Source: Hormiphora californensis | Lineage: Eukaryota > Animalia > Ctenophora | Direction: 5' to 3' | Assembly: GCA_020137815.1 (NCBI GenBank) | Contig: CM035351.1 | Location: 7,378,001 to 7,442,000, forward strand | Length of the DNA: 64,000 nucleotides | Program-made: the position numbers and the translations under genes | The notes under the pieces: generated by a model | What the model was told of the DNA's origin: nothing | Databases searched by the model: none | Seen by the model: the letters and a program-made list of their open reading frames with translations, nothing else | Part shown: positions 47,317-61,314 of the stretch, piece by piece | Layout of the letters: every line of letters begins with the position of its first letter | Position numbering within the stretch: the first letter of the stretch is position 1

Positions 47317-50197
47317 ATGCCCTTGATATCGTTGTTCTTGTTCCAATGCTGTTTGATTCTCTCTACCTTAATTTGGATTTCAGGAGCCTCAGGGTGCAGA
47401 GAGTTGAAGAAGGAGTACCCCAGCTACCGGATACGATTACGTCCCCTTAGAGATTCAAATGGTAGGAATTGCTTGAATTGTTCATACTTTATTTTTTCCC
47501 TGCCCGGGTGAATGCCGAAGGCATTCACCCGGATGCCTTTTTACTTTGTAAAAAGGCATAGCAGGGTTAGAATTCGAAAACGACATTTTGGTATACTAAC
47601 TAATCGGTAGAGGGACCATTTTGGTCACACTTTCGTTGCGAGGGGCAACCCGGTACCACCCAGTGTACTCAGCGTAGCAACTGAGCCGCGCACACAACAA
47701 CAAGCTGCTCCTTTATCAAAACTTACAACGACACAGTTTGATGGACGTGTATGCGCGCGCCACTCAACACAACATGAATAGCGCTGCCGCGTGTTACATA
47801 CACATTGTCATCTTGCGAGTGGAGTGTGAGAGGTTAGATAAGTAGTTAAGTTGGAATGTCAAAAGCTGGTTAGCAAGTGTCATGTGAGTAAACTAAGCTA
47901 TGTGAGAAGTATACTGACAGCTAGATCGTAATTAGTATGCATCTCACATTACATTATGACCAAGCCCTGATCCTGTTGACAGTGACACGTGAAACGGGAC
48001 GGCAGGGAAACACAGCATTATGAATACATAATGCAATGATTCTTGTTATTCACGGAAACAGTGTCAAGCGACTCAACGAATTGCATCAAATTGTTTGTTA
48101 CATTTCACTGATTTGATGTAACCTAGCTTTGTACTGTTTATAATGTCGGTTTCAGACATTTGTTTATATAGTTCATGTACCACAACCTGTAATTATTAAG
48201 CTGCTCCTGTACCTGTTCTCCCTCCCCCAGGAACGTGTGCAATAGATAAATCATGCTGCAATGAGGATGTAGAGAGAGCTGTGAGAGCGGAATCCCTGGT
48301 GAAGATGAAACGAGTTGTACAAAGGGAGGTGGACAGTGCTCGATCTAGTGTACAGTTTATCAAATCACAGGCAGAAGGTTAACAATTCCCTGACATGACG
48401 TTCTACATAGTAGACAACCCTAAATGGGGTATCTTTTTCTGGCACATTCCCAAATTCTATCTCCTGCAAGTAAATCTCCAGCTCACACAGTCCCCTCCTA
48501 CTCAGGTAACACAAAGCGTATGATGAAGGAGCTATTCCCGGCTGACATGGCAGCCCACATTAACGTGGAGCAGGTAGCGGATATAGTGTGGAGATACAGT
48601 GTTGGTGAGATCACTGCAGTGGACCTCCTAATTGAGGGTGCCATAGCGGCCATGTTTACCGAGCAAGCAGAGGAGAGTGTGAGGGCCACGGCGGAGTGTG
48701 TCATGAGTGAGCTAACTAAAACTGCCCCTGATGCTTTTGGACAGATCACCGGTATTGTCGATGGTAAGTGTGGAGATTTGGTATGGTAACGCTCCTTTAC
48801 ATTTGGGTGGGGCACAGAGAGCGGCCGAGCGGGTCGAAGAAGGCAACAGGGTTCAGCTAGTTAGCATCATTCTGGATCCACTCGTTGAAATTGTAACCCT
48901 TTCAGATGTACTGAAAGCTCCCAGAACTTTTGGAAGAGGGCTACAAGTAGCAGAATCATTACTGTTGGCCGTGGAGAATACTGAACTCTCTTCAGTGTGC
49001 AACTACGATGAGTTGTTTGGTTGTCAGAAGTGTGGAATCAAACTGCCTAACCCATGTCGGGCCAGCTGTGTGTCTAGTGCTAGGAGTTGCCTCCTTGAGA
49101 TCAATGCTATTACTCCCCTCTGGATGGTATGGGTTGATAGGTAAATATATCCTTTCATCAGTCCTCACTATCTCTTACCTTAATCAACCCTCCCAGAGCC
49201 GCACAACCCTTCTATTCTATTCCCCTACTTTCTCTAACAACTAATACACACCCCTGTTCAGTATTGCATCGCTGACGGATGCCTTGGTGCTAATGAAGGA
49301 CATTCCAATTGATCCGGAGAGCATCGTGGATGAGGATACCATAGCAACCATCACTAGGGACATCATGGGCTCCATGGGAAACGCAAATTACCAGAAGGTA
49401 TGCTTTTTGGCTTTGGTGTTTATACATGTATCGAGTTACAAAGTTTCAAGATAAACTCACACCCTTGTTTCCTCCCCCTCCCAGTGCTTGGCAAGCAAAC
49501 GACTAAAAAGGAGAGCCACCAGACCAACTAAACACAAGGAGGAGCCAGGATATTATATTCCCGGGAGGCGTGTAAGACGAGATTTCTCGGAGGGTGACAT
49601 GTTAAAGTTGTCCTTGGAGGGGAATTTTGTAGAGTACGATATGGAGAGGGGCATGTGCAGAGATGCTACTTCAGACTCACAGTAGGTTAACAAGTGTGTG
49701 ATTGATTCACCTGTCACTGTGTCATAAAGTATGAATAATTGATCCTTATTCGGGAGATGAATCACACGACACCCAAAATAATATATAATCAATTGATTGA
49801 CAGGAGGCTGCATACAAACTTTGTACGCCTCTCCATCTCACAATCATCACTCAGGTGCTGGCTGGGAGACAGGATAGGTGATGTTGACGATGCAATGTTG
49901 ACTCAACTCCAGGAGAGTGAGAGGATAACTAAAGCCTATAGGTCTGGTACTGACATGGTGAGCGGTGTTATACACGGATATGCGGCCACCGTTAATATTG
50001 TCATTGCAGAGGTACGAAACTAGAGTTAGAACAACTTGACCTGTGACCAATCATCGCCATGTATCTTTTTGTTTAACACATTTTTTAGTTCATTTTAGTA
50101 TTTGAATAACACGTTTTTAATTTAGATTCACCAAAAAGTGAGAGCAGCCCGTCACGCCCGATACCTGGAAGAACGAGGGAGGAGAGCACACAACTAG
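47317..50197 (+). CDS. GPC: Glypican-like protein, multi-exon
   Basis: Signal peptide and glypican-type Cys pattern: TCAIDKSCCNEDVE, RTFGRGL, GCQKCGIKLPNPCRASCVSSARSCL, CWLG. Exons ~47317-47461, 48231-48377, 48470-49140, 49262-49397, 49486-49682, 49856-50011 and 50126-50197. Confidence 0.75.
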
Positions 50198-51573
50198 GGA
50201 GCAGCTACAGGAACTAGGACTTACATGTGGCAGGAACACTTATTTCTATTTTTAAGTTAATTTAATTTATGTAACTATGTAGTATTTTAGTTCATGTTTT
50301 GTATACAAAAATTGGAATTCAATAACGTGTCATTTGCGTACTTTTGGGACGGTCCAGGTAACGATGTAACCGCCACTACTCCCCCACGTGAATTAAACAA
50401 AGAATTGTTTACCTCAAATAACTCATTCACCAAAAACCGTTAAATCATTAGCCCGCCCATCTCAACCAGTGGATCACCTTTTCCTGGAATAAGCTTAGCG
50501 CTCACGCCTCGACTTAAGCACTGTCAAGCATCTCAGATCTCAGTGGAAAACTTTCAAAGAAACGGCTTAACTTTAACTAATCCCGGAAAGAGCTTTATTA
50601 TATTCTTGGCACACGCTGCAGGCACCTTCTATCTGTAGCGCATACCGAAATCGAGTCAGAAGTCAGAAGGCGAGTGTTTAAGTAAAATATTAGGAACACG
50701 ACTGTGCGGATGTTTAAGTTCGAAAATCGTCTTGGCAAACGTTGCTGGCCCCGCAGCGCGGGATAAGGCAGCGCTTTTCAAAAAATCGTCGCAAAAACGA
50801 AAAAGTGGTTTAAAAAAGTGGCTAAAATCCGCAAAAATTATCGCACGCGCATTAGTGGGGATCCTTGCTCCATCGTTGTGCGCGCCCGACGTCGGCGACC
50901 GTCGCCGACCGTCGGCGACATCGCTGATTGAGCTGACAGTGGCACTCTCTCCCGCGCGCTGAGCGCTTTTTTCGCGCGGTACGTGTTAGTTCGTTCGGAC
51001 TGTTTGTGAGTGTGACTGAAAATGGATTTTGTCACCAAAAGTGGCCGGTCGCCCTGGAAACTTGCAGGACCCATTGAGATACTAAGTTAAACGGAAATAT
51101 GGGACTTGAGAGTCCCAACTGGTAATACAATATAGAGCTGGCCGTGGGGAAGGTATATCATACAATGGTGTCCTATGAACAGCAGTTAGAAAGTAGACCA
51201 ATTTATCAAAACTACCGCAGTGGGTAGTGGCACTGAGCCGCAATAAAACGGAAAACATCAATGAAAGGATGGCATTTTTAGGTAAGCTCGATAGTCAAAA
51301 CACTCTATAATGAAAATTCCGCTCTGTATTCTCCTTCTAAACAGGGGTAATAATAGACATGTTCGGTATTGTTTATGAGTCCATTCACTGTTATTCCTAT
51401 TCCATGTAAACAGCCAAAATGGAGCTGGATCAATACTGCAGTCAGTAGATGTATATATATATAATATATATATTATAATAATAATATACAGTGTAGGGGA
51501 GTAAGGAATATTCTGTTTCAATGTCCTGACATCACAGCATACATCACAACAGCACCCACAGGCCACAGTCGCC

Positions 51574-51987
51574 GTCATAGTAACATGTGGTGCAGTTTGT
51601 TACAGTCAACTCCAAAGTCGAATTCCGGCTCTGAGTGATCCTGGAGAGAGGAGATGGGGTGTTAGGGCCTGGTTAATCAGGGGGTGAGTTAGGGTGTTGG
51701 TGTGAGATAGATAGAAACTGGGGTTTCGGTTCAGATAGCAGGTGTTAAGTGATTAGATATAACATGGGCTATACAGTACACGAGAGTGTAAATTAGCAGT
51801 TAGGCGATTGAGAAAAACAACCTAACTGGGATTATAGAGGATAGAGCTGGACACAAACCTTATCACAGTAATCCTCCACATCATCAGCTTCAGGTCGAGA
51901 TGTGATCTCCTTATCAGTCTGGGTCATAGCTTCCAGCTGAGATCTCTTGGCTGCTGGGCCGGGCTGTTCCTCTTCAAGATCTCCTTC
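51574..51987 (-). CDS. Candidate last two exons of an unidentified acidic protein
   Basis: cag|EGDLEEEQPGPAAKRSQ...DYCDK|gtttg, then cag|DHSEPEFDFGVDCNKLHHMLL*. Upstream exons were not identified. Confidence 0.4.
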
Positions 51988-52499
51988 CTGAGAGGGAACG
52001 GTGTTAGAGGGTAAAAAAGAGGGTTGGTAAAGATGGGACAGTGTTCCGTGTTCGACTAATCGTAACGTTATCTGTAGAGAGAATATATGTTATATATTAT
52101 ATCTGCTATCTTGGAATAGCAAGTGTCATGTTGTTCGGGCCCCAGGTGCCAGGGCCGGGCCTACAGGGTTCTAGGAAAGTTTTATAAATTTCGGGGGGTC
52201 ACCAAAAATGAAAAAAGAAGGTTGTGGAATTAATACCACCCAGGGAAGATAAACGGTTGCCAGGGATTACTATGGGCGGTTGTTGGGTAAGGGCAGGGCC
52301 AGGTTTATGTCTGCTAAACAACTGATAAAACCTAACATCACATTCGAGTGATCCGGTCCTGCAACACAACCACCCACAACTAGAAGAATAGGATCACATA
52401 CGCGAGATCTTATCCCTTACTACAGCTACATACAACGAAAGAGAGAGAGAGGATATTGAGAGAGGCGGAGAGAGGTTAGAAGTCGTAATTGACACTAAA

Positions 52500-53778
52500 T
52501 GCTCTAGCCAAATTACAAATTATTTTGTTTTTTCAATTCTATGCTAATTAGCTCCTAATTAGGGGCAAACATAATTGATGTCAAAATCGCTAAAAATGTT
52601 CAAATCAAAATGGGTACCATAAATTTTGACCGGGCTAATGACCGAATCAAGTTTGCTCCATAGAGTGGAAGGGTTTCGATCAAATAACTCGGGGCACCAT
52701 TTTTCAAACCCGATCAATTACTTTAATTGAGGCTAATAGGGGTGGCTAATGTTACCCCACCATTTTTTGAATTTTGGGGTAACTTTGGACGGGGTGCCAA
52801 AGTTACCCCACACTACAGGTTTTGAACTTTTGATGTCTGTAGAGTTGCCTTAGACCCTCTCTGAATTGTTTAGGGCCATATAACCGATATTCAGCCCACT
52901 CCACGCCCATTTCCATCCATCTATTCGATAGGTTAGTGAAAAAACTAGGATTTGGACTATCTTATGGAGCTAAATCACAGAAATCCGGCCTGAAGCCCAT
53001 GAAACTTCAAATAATTTGGTGTTCCTCATCCATCTTGTAGCTTTTTAGATGGTATTGGATCTCTAGGCGAGTGTTCTAATTCATGTAGACAATCTATGCA
53101 GGAACACAGGTACCAAAACTCCTTTATTTAGCCAGTACCCATAAATAGACCACTTCCTGTCTATCCAATTCAGCAAAAAGAACTAACACACTCGCCTAGA
53201 GGGCCAATACCATCTACCAAACTACAGGATGGATGGGGGACCCCAAATTACTGAAGTTTGATGGGTTTTAGGCCGGATGTGGCAACCTTAAATCAAGTAT
53301 GATTGAGCTGAAATTTTGTTTGGTGGCTAGTTTCATCATTCCTCACACCCAAAAAAAGTTGAGTCGACATCAAAAATTTTTTGAAATCATGGGGCGTTTG
53401 GCTTACCTTATTGTTCTTTTTTAATTTATTGACCCATTTAAACCCCATTTAAACATTTTAGGTTCATTTATTTATCATTGCAAAATGTTCGGATTTATGT
53501 TTGTTTCAATATTACTATCGTGGGGTAACTTTGGACGGGTGTCCAAAGTTACCCCACCCTCATTCCAAAGTTACCCCATGCCCTAAAACCCCACTTACAC
53601 TAAAATACACGTTAATTAATGTAATTAAATGAGAGGGGACCAAAAATTTCACTAGTTATATCTGGTGTACTAGGTCTGGAACGGGATTATTTGGTTCAAA
53701 AATTTTCGAGTGTGATTCTGGCAAGGAGTTATTTTAGGAGAATGCTAAAAAGTGGTACAAAGTTACCCCAACTTACGG
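52500..53778. mobile_element. Non-autonomous DNA transposon remnant(s) with nested inverted repeats
   Basis: Right end aaagttaccccaacttacgg|TA. Recurrent ggggtaactttgg/ccaaagttacccc palindromes. Inner ~92-bp inverted arms at 52983-53074 and 53184-53279. Left boundary uncertain. Confidence 0.55.
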
Positions 53779-54293
53779 TATCAGTTGGCACCTGGGTAGC
53801 GCAAAGATAGTTATATATTGAAGAGGATAATGTTGTGACATTGGTGTAGAAAGATGTAAAAACAGTTGTTACTAGAATATCCTGCGATCGAGAATCTCCA
53901 AGACAACTCACTTGGTTTATGAAAAATGGTTCTGATGGATCATTGTCATGTCTGGGTTTTGATTCTATATGTATCAGAGGTGGTGGTTTTCAGGCAACTG
54001 TATTTTTCAAACAATGGTGCAGTGGGTGTTGTTTACTTTAGAAGCTTCAATTTATGACGAAAATCTCCACTCGCAAAAGATTTCGAGAGATATCGAAATG
54101 TATAGCACACTAGCCCAATTCGTTAAATTGAACGACAGGTAAGTGATAAATGCGGAGGAGGTACAGGTTTGCCAGTGCTCTAACGTTTCAAAAATGAAAT
54201 TGAAACACAAGTTTTGATTATACTAAAAAAATCCAAATTTCAAAAAGTTTCAAACTTTTCAACACTACTTTAAACAAATTAATTTGAGCCAAA

Positions 54294-54620
54294 ATGGTTG
54301 ACGATTGTGATCAAGTGGAGAAGCAGAAACGTAGACTCAAGGAGCTGCGTGATGACGACACTGCTAACGCTAAGGTAAAGAGACTGATCGATGCCTACAG
54401 CCCTACTGTTCTCCACAACACTAACGTTAAAAAACTGAAACGTTTTTCTGACGACACGCTAGAGCAGGCCGCGACATCCCTGGGATCGGGGAACAAGAGG
54501 TACAAATCTAAAGCTTCCCTGATTGATTGGCTCAATAATGGCCATAGAAGGACTTTTTGAACAGTTCGGCGGTGCGTGTGAGAGCTATTACACCTTAAAG
54601 AAGGTGTACAACACAACTAG
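54294..54620 (+). pseudogene. Possible decayed N-terminal fragment of a LINE ORF1
   Basis: Frameshifted ...KASLIDWL/IMAIEGLFEQFGGACESYY resembles the start of PHD-type ORF1 proteins. Based on recollection, not a search. Confidence 0.3.
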
Positions 54621-56117
54621 CAAAAACGTAGTTAACAGTGACAAATTGTTTATCCAGGCATTTGGTCAAGGCTCAAGGCTGCTCAAGCTTTTTCAAAAAT
54701 TTCTCTCAACGAAAAAAGTAGCTAAATTTTGGGTAAAGATGAATTTATAACTTTGGAATCAAGAACGGCACAAATAAAACAGAATACAAAGAAAGAACAT
54801 CGAAATCGCACAGAGCGTCCGGATCGAACCTCCCAGAATCCACCGAAGTGGAAATGAAAAATTTTTGGTTTGGCTCGAGTACGGACGAACAAGTGGCAGA
54901 GCGCGCGCAAACAAGAACAAAATGCGCGGCTTGGAATTGCGCGGTCTGGAGCTGCGCTCTCCACTACATGGCCTAGACAGAAAGCCGCGCACTTGGTATG
55001 CGCTGCAGCCGGAAAATCTCAATACAAAATTCTAAAAAAGCAAAAATAAATTTTCGTTATGTCAATTTTTATTTTCGTTTGGCATGCGCTGCAGACCCCG
55101 AGTGCGCGCGTTTTCCACGGCTTCTAGGGGCCTGGGGGTTGGTACGCGCGGTAGACCCCCTTTGAGACACGACATAACTTTGCGACCGTGATTTTGGCGG
55201 GCGCTATATCTCCGGCACCTGAAGTCCGTTTGACAAAATTCCAACGTCAGTCGATAGTCCTTGATGTCTTCTACCTCCCTGTTTTTAATTAAAGTTAATT
55301 GGCCTTAATTGGCCAGAGTTATGGCCAGTCAAAGTTTTCGCGCGTTACGTCCAAATTTACCTTGCGCGGCTCGTTTTTTATTATTCACTGCGAATATTTC
55401 CGAGTTACGTTGACGTTTGACGTCATATCTCTCTCATTTCTTCATCAATTTCGACGTTCCAAAGCTTGCTGGATAGGAAATTGTCAGCTCTTTCCAACGG
55501 TTCTAAGAACGTGAAGATTGAACGTAAACTCGTGGAGATATGGCTTAAAACGTCACAAAGTTGAATAAATGACGCCGCGGCGCGTATTTAAGCGATATTT
55601 TTTTCTTTTCGTCCCAACTTGGCCCAGCTTTTGACTTCGTGACAGCTTTAAAATCGACCCGTGGACACTTTTGATATGTCTTTAGGACACCTGAAGATGA
55701 CATATGAGAGAGCAGTGGGCCGGGTGACCTCTCACAGTACGTTGAGAGTACGTAATACCTTGCTGCCACAACTAGGGTTGTTTAGCTTTATCGGGTATCC
55801 TTACCTTTCGATTTTAATCCTTGAATAACTGTAACATAATACTATAATACTATAATATAATACTAAATTCCAATTTCAAAGTAGCTATTGGATGACAAAA
55901 GCTTCGATAATCGATATGAATGTGATGAGCACTAGGTGTGGTCAGTGGTGTGGAACAAGATCGAACCGAAGACCCATAGTACCAAGAAGATAGTAGATAC
56001 CAAGATCGTTTATCGTTGCTTTGATGCTCCTGATCTTCATGCGATCAATTTGAGTTGTACTACTCTCTTTAAAACTGTAAGTTGAATTCCTTGATTTATT
56101 CACCTCATCTCTTTCTC

Positions 56118-56694
56118 TATCTCTCTAGATCTCTCTCTAGATCTCTCCCTAGATCTCTCCATCTCCATCTCTAGACCTCCATCTCTAGATCTCCATCTAT
56201 AGATCTCCATCTCTAGATCTCCATCTCTAGATCTCCATCTCTAGATCTCCATCTCTAGATCTCCATCTCTAGATCTCCATCTCTAGATCTCCATCTCTAG
56301 ATCTCCATCTCTAGATCTCCATCTCCATCTCTAGATCTCCATCTCTAGATCTCCATCTCCATCTCTAGATCTCCATCTCTAGATCTCCATCTCCATCTCT
56401 AGATCTCCATCTCCATCTCTAGATCTCCATCTCTAGATCTCTAGATCTCCATCTCTAGATCTCCATCTCTAGATCTCCATCTCCATCTCTAGATCTCCAT
56501 CTCTAGATCTCCATATCCATCTCTAGATCTCCATCTCTAGATCTCCATCTCCATCTCTAGATCTCCATCTCCATCTCTAGATCTCCATCTCTAGATCTCC
56601 ATCTCCATCTCTAGATCTCCATCTCCATCTCTAGATCTCAATCTCTAGATCTCCATACTCTCATCTCTAGTCTTCCATCTCCATCTCCATCTCC
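56118..56694. repeat. 14-bp satellite (ctagatctccatct)n with 6-bp ccatct insertions
   Basis: Direct inspection. Confidence 0.95.
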
Positions 56695-56894
56695 AACCTA
56701 TAATGTGAACCTGCCTGTGTAGGTCCTGATGGTGGGAGGGGGAGGGGGGCTATTCTCCTAGTGGCCGGCGATATCGCTTCGCGATAGGTCCCCTGTAGGC
56801 TGGAGGGCGTGGAAGTTGGAAAGACCAGGCACTCCGTAGGATAGAATAGATAGAAGATCAAAGAGATCGCGCGGAGCGCTTTATAGCAGATGAG

Positions 56895-56972
56895 CTATAG
56901 AGAGAGAGAGAGAGAGAAGAGAGAAAGAGAGAAGAGAGAGAGAGAGAGAGAAGAGAGAGGATGAGGAATGAA

Positions 56973-57003
<31 letters not shown>

Positions 57004-57182
57004 GAGCTGCTTGTTTGAGTGTAGAGAGAGAGAGAGAGAGAGAGAGAGATAGGATAGAGAGAGCAGAAGAGGAGATAGAAGCGATCGAGGCGAGAGTAGA
57101 GAGCGGAAGAGAGCGAGAGAGAGAGAGAGAGAGATGAGAGAAGAGAGAGAGATGAGAGAGAGAGAGAGCGAGAGAAGCGAGA

Positions 57183-57237
<55 letters not shown>

Positions 57238-57320
57238 TAGAGAGATAGAGAGTCTCCTCTCTCTCTCTCTCTCTATCTCTATATACTCTCTATTTCTCTC
57301 TCTCTCTCTCGCTCTCTCTA

Positions 57321-57388
<68 letters not shown>

Positions 57389-57400
57389 GCCTCTCTTCTC

Positions 57401-57444
<44 letters not shown>

Positions 57445-57466
57445 CTCTCTCTCTCTCTCTCTCTCT
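56895..57466. repeat. (GA)n tract switching directly to (CT)n
   Basis: Polarity switch at about 57252. Confidence 0.9.
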
Positions 57467-57484
57467 GGACCCCAACTAATCAAC

Positions 57485-59075
57485 ATATGGACCCCTTATA
57501 ACCCACCTCTGAGCCCTTTTACCTCAGCTCCCTGCTAACCCACCTCTGAATCTCTTCTAGCTCAACTCTGGACCCGCCTTTGAACCCCCTCTGATAGTTT
57601 TATCAAATGTTAACAAAATACTCTCTCAGATTCCGTTCCGGAAACCAAATTACTGGGTCAAGATACTATTACTGGGCCAACGTACTATGAGCTAAACACC
57701 TGAGTAGGGGAACCGTTCACAGCCGCTTCTCATCGCCAGCAGATCTTTATTGATGGATTCACAGACCCTGGTAAGTGGTTCTAGTCTAGAACTGGGTTAG
57801 TATGGATCCACCTCTGGACGCCTTATACTAAGCAACATGTGGACCCCTTCTAACCCACCTCTGAGTCCTTTTACCTCAGCAGTCAGCTCCCTACTAACTC
57901 CCTCTGAAACCTCTATTATATCTCACCTCTGGACTCTTCTAACCCACCTTTGAAGCCCCTTCTAACCCAACTCTGAACCCCTCCTAAATCAACTTATTAA
58001 CTCTTAATCCCTTTTAAACCACCTCTCGACCCCTACTAATTACTACCCCACTCCTCGAACCCTTCTAACCCACCCTTCAACCCCTTCTAACAAATCTTTC
58101 AGCTCCCTAATAACCCACCTCCGGACCCCTTCTAACTTACCTCTCGACCCCTTTTAAACCACCCTTTGAACACTTTTAACCCAACTCTAGTACCATTCTG
58201 ACCCACCTCTCGACCCCTAGTAACTCACCTCTGGGCCCCTTCTAACCCCCTTTTGACCGCTTCTATGTTCTAACCCACCTCTCGTACCCCTTTTAACCCC
58301 TTCTATCCCACCTTCCGACCTCTACTAACCCATCCCTCTAACCTTTCTAACCCACCTTCCGATAGGTGGGTTAGAAGGGGTCGGAACTTCTAATCCATCT
58401 CCCGTACCCCTTCTAAGCCACCTCTCGACCCCTTCTAACTCACCTCTCAATCCCTTATAGCCCACCTCTCGAGCCCTATTAAGTACTTACCCTTCCCTCG
58501 ACCCCTTCTAACGACTAACCCACTTCTCGACCCCTTCTAACCCATCTTTCAACCCTTTTTAACCCACCTCTCGACCCCTTTTAATCCACCTCTCGACCCC
58601 TAGTAACTGACCTCTTAACCCCTTCTAACTTACCCCTAGACCCCTTCTAACTCACCCTTCGACCTCTTCTAACTCACCCATAGACCCCTTCTAACTCTCA
58701 ACCCCTTTTAACCCACCCCACCAGTCTCCACCTCTTCTAACCCACCCCTAGACCTCTTCTAAGTCACCTCTCAACCCCTTTTTACCCACCTCTCCACCTC
58801 TACTAAGTACTTACTCTTCCCTCGACCCCTTCTAACCCACCTCTCGACCCCTTCTAACTCATCTTTCAACCCCTTTTAACCCACCTCTCGACCCCTATGA
58901 AGTAGTTACCCTTTCCTCGACCCCTTCTAACCAACCTCTCGACCACTAGTAACTCACCGTGGACCCATTAGCCTTTTAAGTTTTAACCCACATCTCGACC
59001 CCTACCAAACCACCAAATCTCTAGACCCTTTCTAACCCACAGCACCTCTCATCACCTTTTATCCCACCTAGATTC
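57485..59075. repeat. Degenerate ~23-bp satellite, consensus cttctaacccacctctcgacccc
   Basis: Dozens of diverged copies, with one inverted unit at about 58364-58385. Confidence 0.85.
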
Positions 59076-60704
59076 TAACCTAGATGTTATCTCTCTATCT
59101 AGAGATCTAATATTTGCATCCCTAGATGGTTTCTCTCCATCGCTAAATACTACATCGCTATCAAGACCAACATCGCCAACTCCAACATTCATGTTAGTAC
59201 CCCACCCTAATTTTAAAGCTACCGGATACCCCATCCTCATTTATTACCCCATCTCTCAGTTAGCCCACGCTACCTCTCACTCTCAACTACTCAGGAGTCA
59301 GGTACCCTCTTTTTCTCCCTCCCCCTTCCCAAAAAGAGAGGGTACACCGTGCCCAACAATTAGACCACGTCACCTCTCACTCTCACCTACTCAAACACTA
59401 TGTCTCAAGTACCCGGCATCTCTACCACCCTACCCGTTGGGTACCCCACGCTGCTAGATACCTATGAAATTTTGCTAGATGCCCCTAAAACCCCCTAAAT
59501 ACACCAATATATCCACTAGAAACCCCTCGGACTCTACAAAATACCCCTCAGAGCATTATTCACGAACGGACACTATCACACCATGTCATACTCACAAACG
59601 GACACACACTAACATCGTTACTAAAATCTCTGTCTTTTCTCAGGTATTATTGACCACGTTAGACCTTCCACGACCTTCCCCACGACAACTTTAAATTGCC
59701 AAGGTTTGTGATGAACTACAACGACATGGACACCTGAAACTCGCCATTTTCCAGGTACAGTGTTGTCTTGTTCGACCTTCCTTCCCCGAACAAAACAAGT
59801 ACAGTGTGGGAGCGGCCAAAATTCACGTGGGAGTCACGTGACACAACGTTACTTTATGTGCACTATCTCTCTCTATCTGTCTATCTCTCAAATATGTAAC
59901 GGTTTCCAATTCAGGTGTGATAATTACGGCAGATAATCTAGACAAGTTCACTCTTCCTATGGTTCCCACAATCAAGGGATGGCAAGGGAGGGAGGGCACA
60001 TGTTTTTTCATCATCACGGGACTGTTGAAGTCGGTTAAGGCACCCACGGAGCTAAGCCGTAATCTCCCTGCTGTGCATCAAGCTAACAATGGTCCTTAGA
60101 TGGCCCTACCTCTGCTGATGGCTGTAAACTGCAAGGATTTCAGTGCAGTGGAGACATTGATTGTTAAATGTACTATCCTGGAGCCTCATGAACAAGTTTA
60201 ATGTGTAAGAGTGACTCTTGTATATCCGTCATTTCCCAATAATATTTCCCCTGTGCTGTATGTGTCTAGAGAGAGGGCGTGAGGAGACGAGTATTTTAAT
60301 TTTAATTTCAATTTAGGTGGACCCATAAAGGGAAGATCTATATACATATTTAGTGTCACCATTACTGATTACTTTATTTGTAAACCTGTAAACCTGTATA
60401 TTTTGTAACATGATTTTTCCAAGTTTAGTTTCTTCACCTTGAAAATTGTTGTTTTGTTCGAACAAGGCAAGAAAGTTGCTCATGATGTCTTTAAAAAACA
60501 ACCCCAACCGCCGATTGGCATCACTTTTCAGCAGCCCTCATGTCCAATTTGCCACAGTTTGATATAACTTTACGTCGCGCGCGTTTGTTAAATCTCTTAT
60601 CGAAAGTCTAAGTAAGTCGGCATTTCAATACCGCGCGTACGACCCCCTAGGCCCTTTAAGGGCCTGTAGCATAGGCCAATATTTTCGTCGATTTTGGCCT
60701 TGAA

Positions 60705-61314
60705 TGTTGTGATCGAACCTCACCTTCTTCCACTAACTGGAGAGGAGTTCAAATACCGTTCCGCCATCACCACCGAAGAGGCTCGATTAGATGTCTCAGC
60801 ACGTGACCTCTGGTCTCCTATGGCAAAGCTATTCCTTGATTTCCGCGTCTTTAACTCTCGAGCCCCCACCAATCAATCTCTTCCTATTACCAAGGCTCTC
60901 AAGAAACACGAGGATGAGAAGAAGCGAGCATATGGTGAACGTGTCTTGCAGGTCGAAAAAAGTTCCTTCACACCGGTTGTCTTCTCGACATCAGGAATTA
61001 TGGGCGATGAACCAGACAAGTTCTATAAGAAGCTTGCTTCTAAACTTTCCGATAAAACGAAACAATCCTATCCCGACTCTATCCGGTACATTAGGCAACG
61101 ATTATCATTCTGCCTCTTGAGGACACTTGTGATCAGTCTAAGGGGTCACCGTGGCACTAGCCCAAAACGTTTCAGCGACAGGAATGATATTAACATTTTA
61201 TACATGATTAAAAACAATTCGAATTAATTTATTATATCCATTTTATGTACAGATAACCTTGATTTCTATATCCATTTTACTAATTGAACCGGTACCCCGG
61301 CTTTTGCAAAAAAA
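60705..61314 (+). mobile_element. 5'-truncated CRE-like non-LTR retrotransposon (restriction-like endonuclease C-terminus)
   Basis: ARLDVSARDLW...FLDFRV...HEDEKKRAY...FTPVVFSTSG. Short poly(A) tail. 14-bp TSD ATTTTGGCCTTGAA at 60691-60704 and 61315-61328. Confidence 0.85.

Noticed and set aside
57485-59075. Interstitial telomere
   Set aside because: It contains ctaaccc cores but no tandem (CCCTAA)n. The period is about 23 bp.
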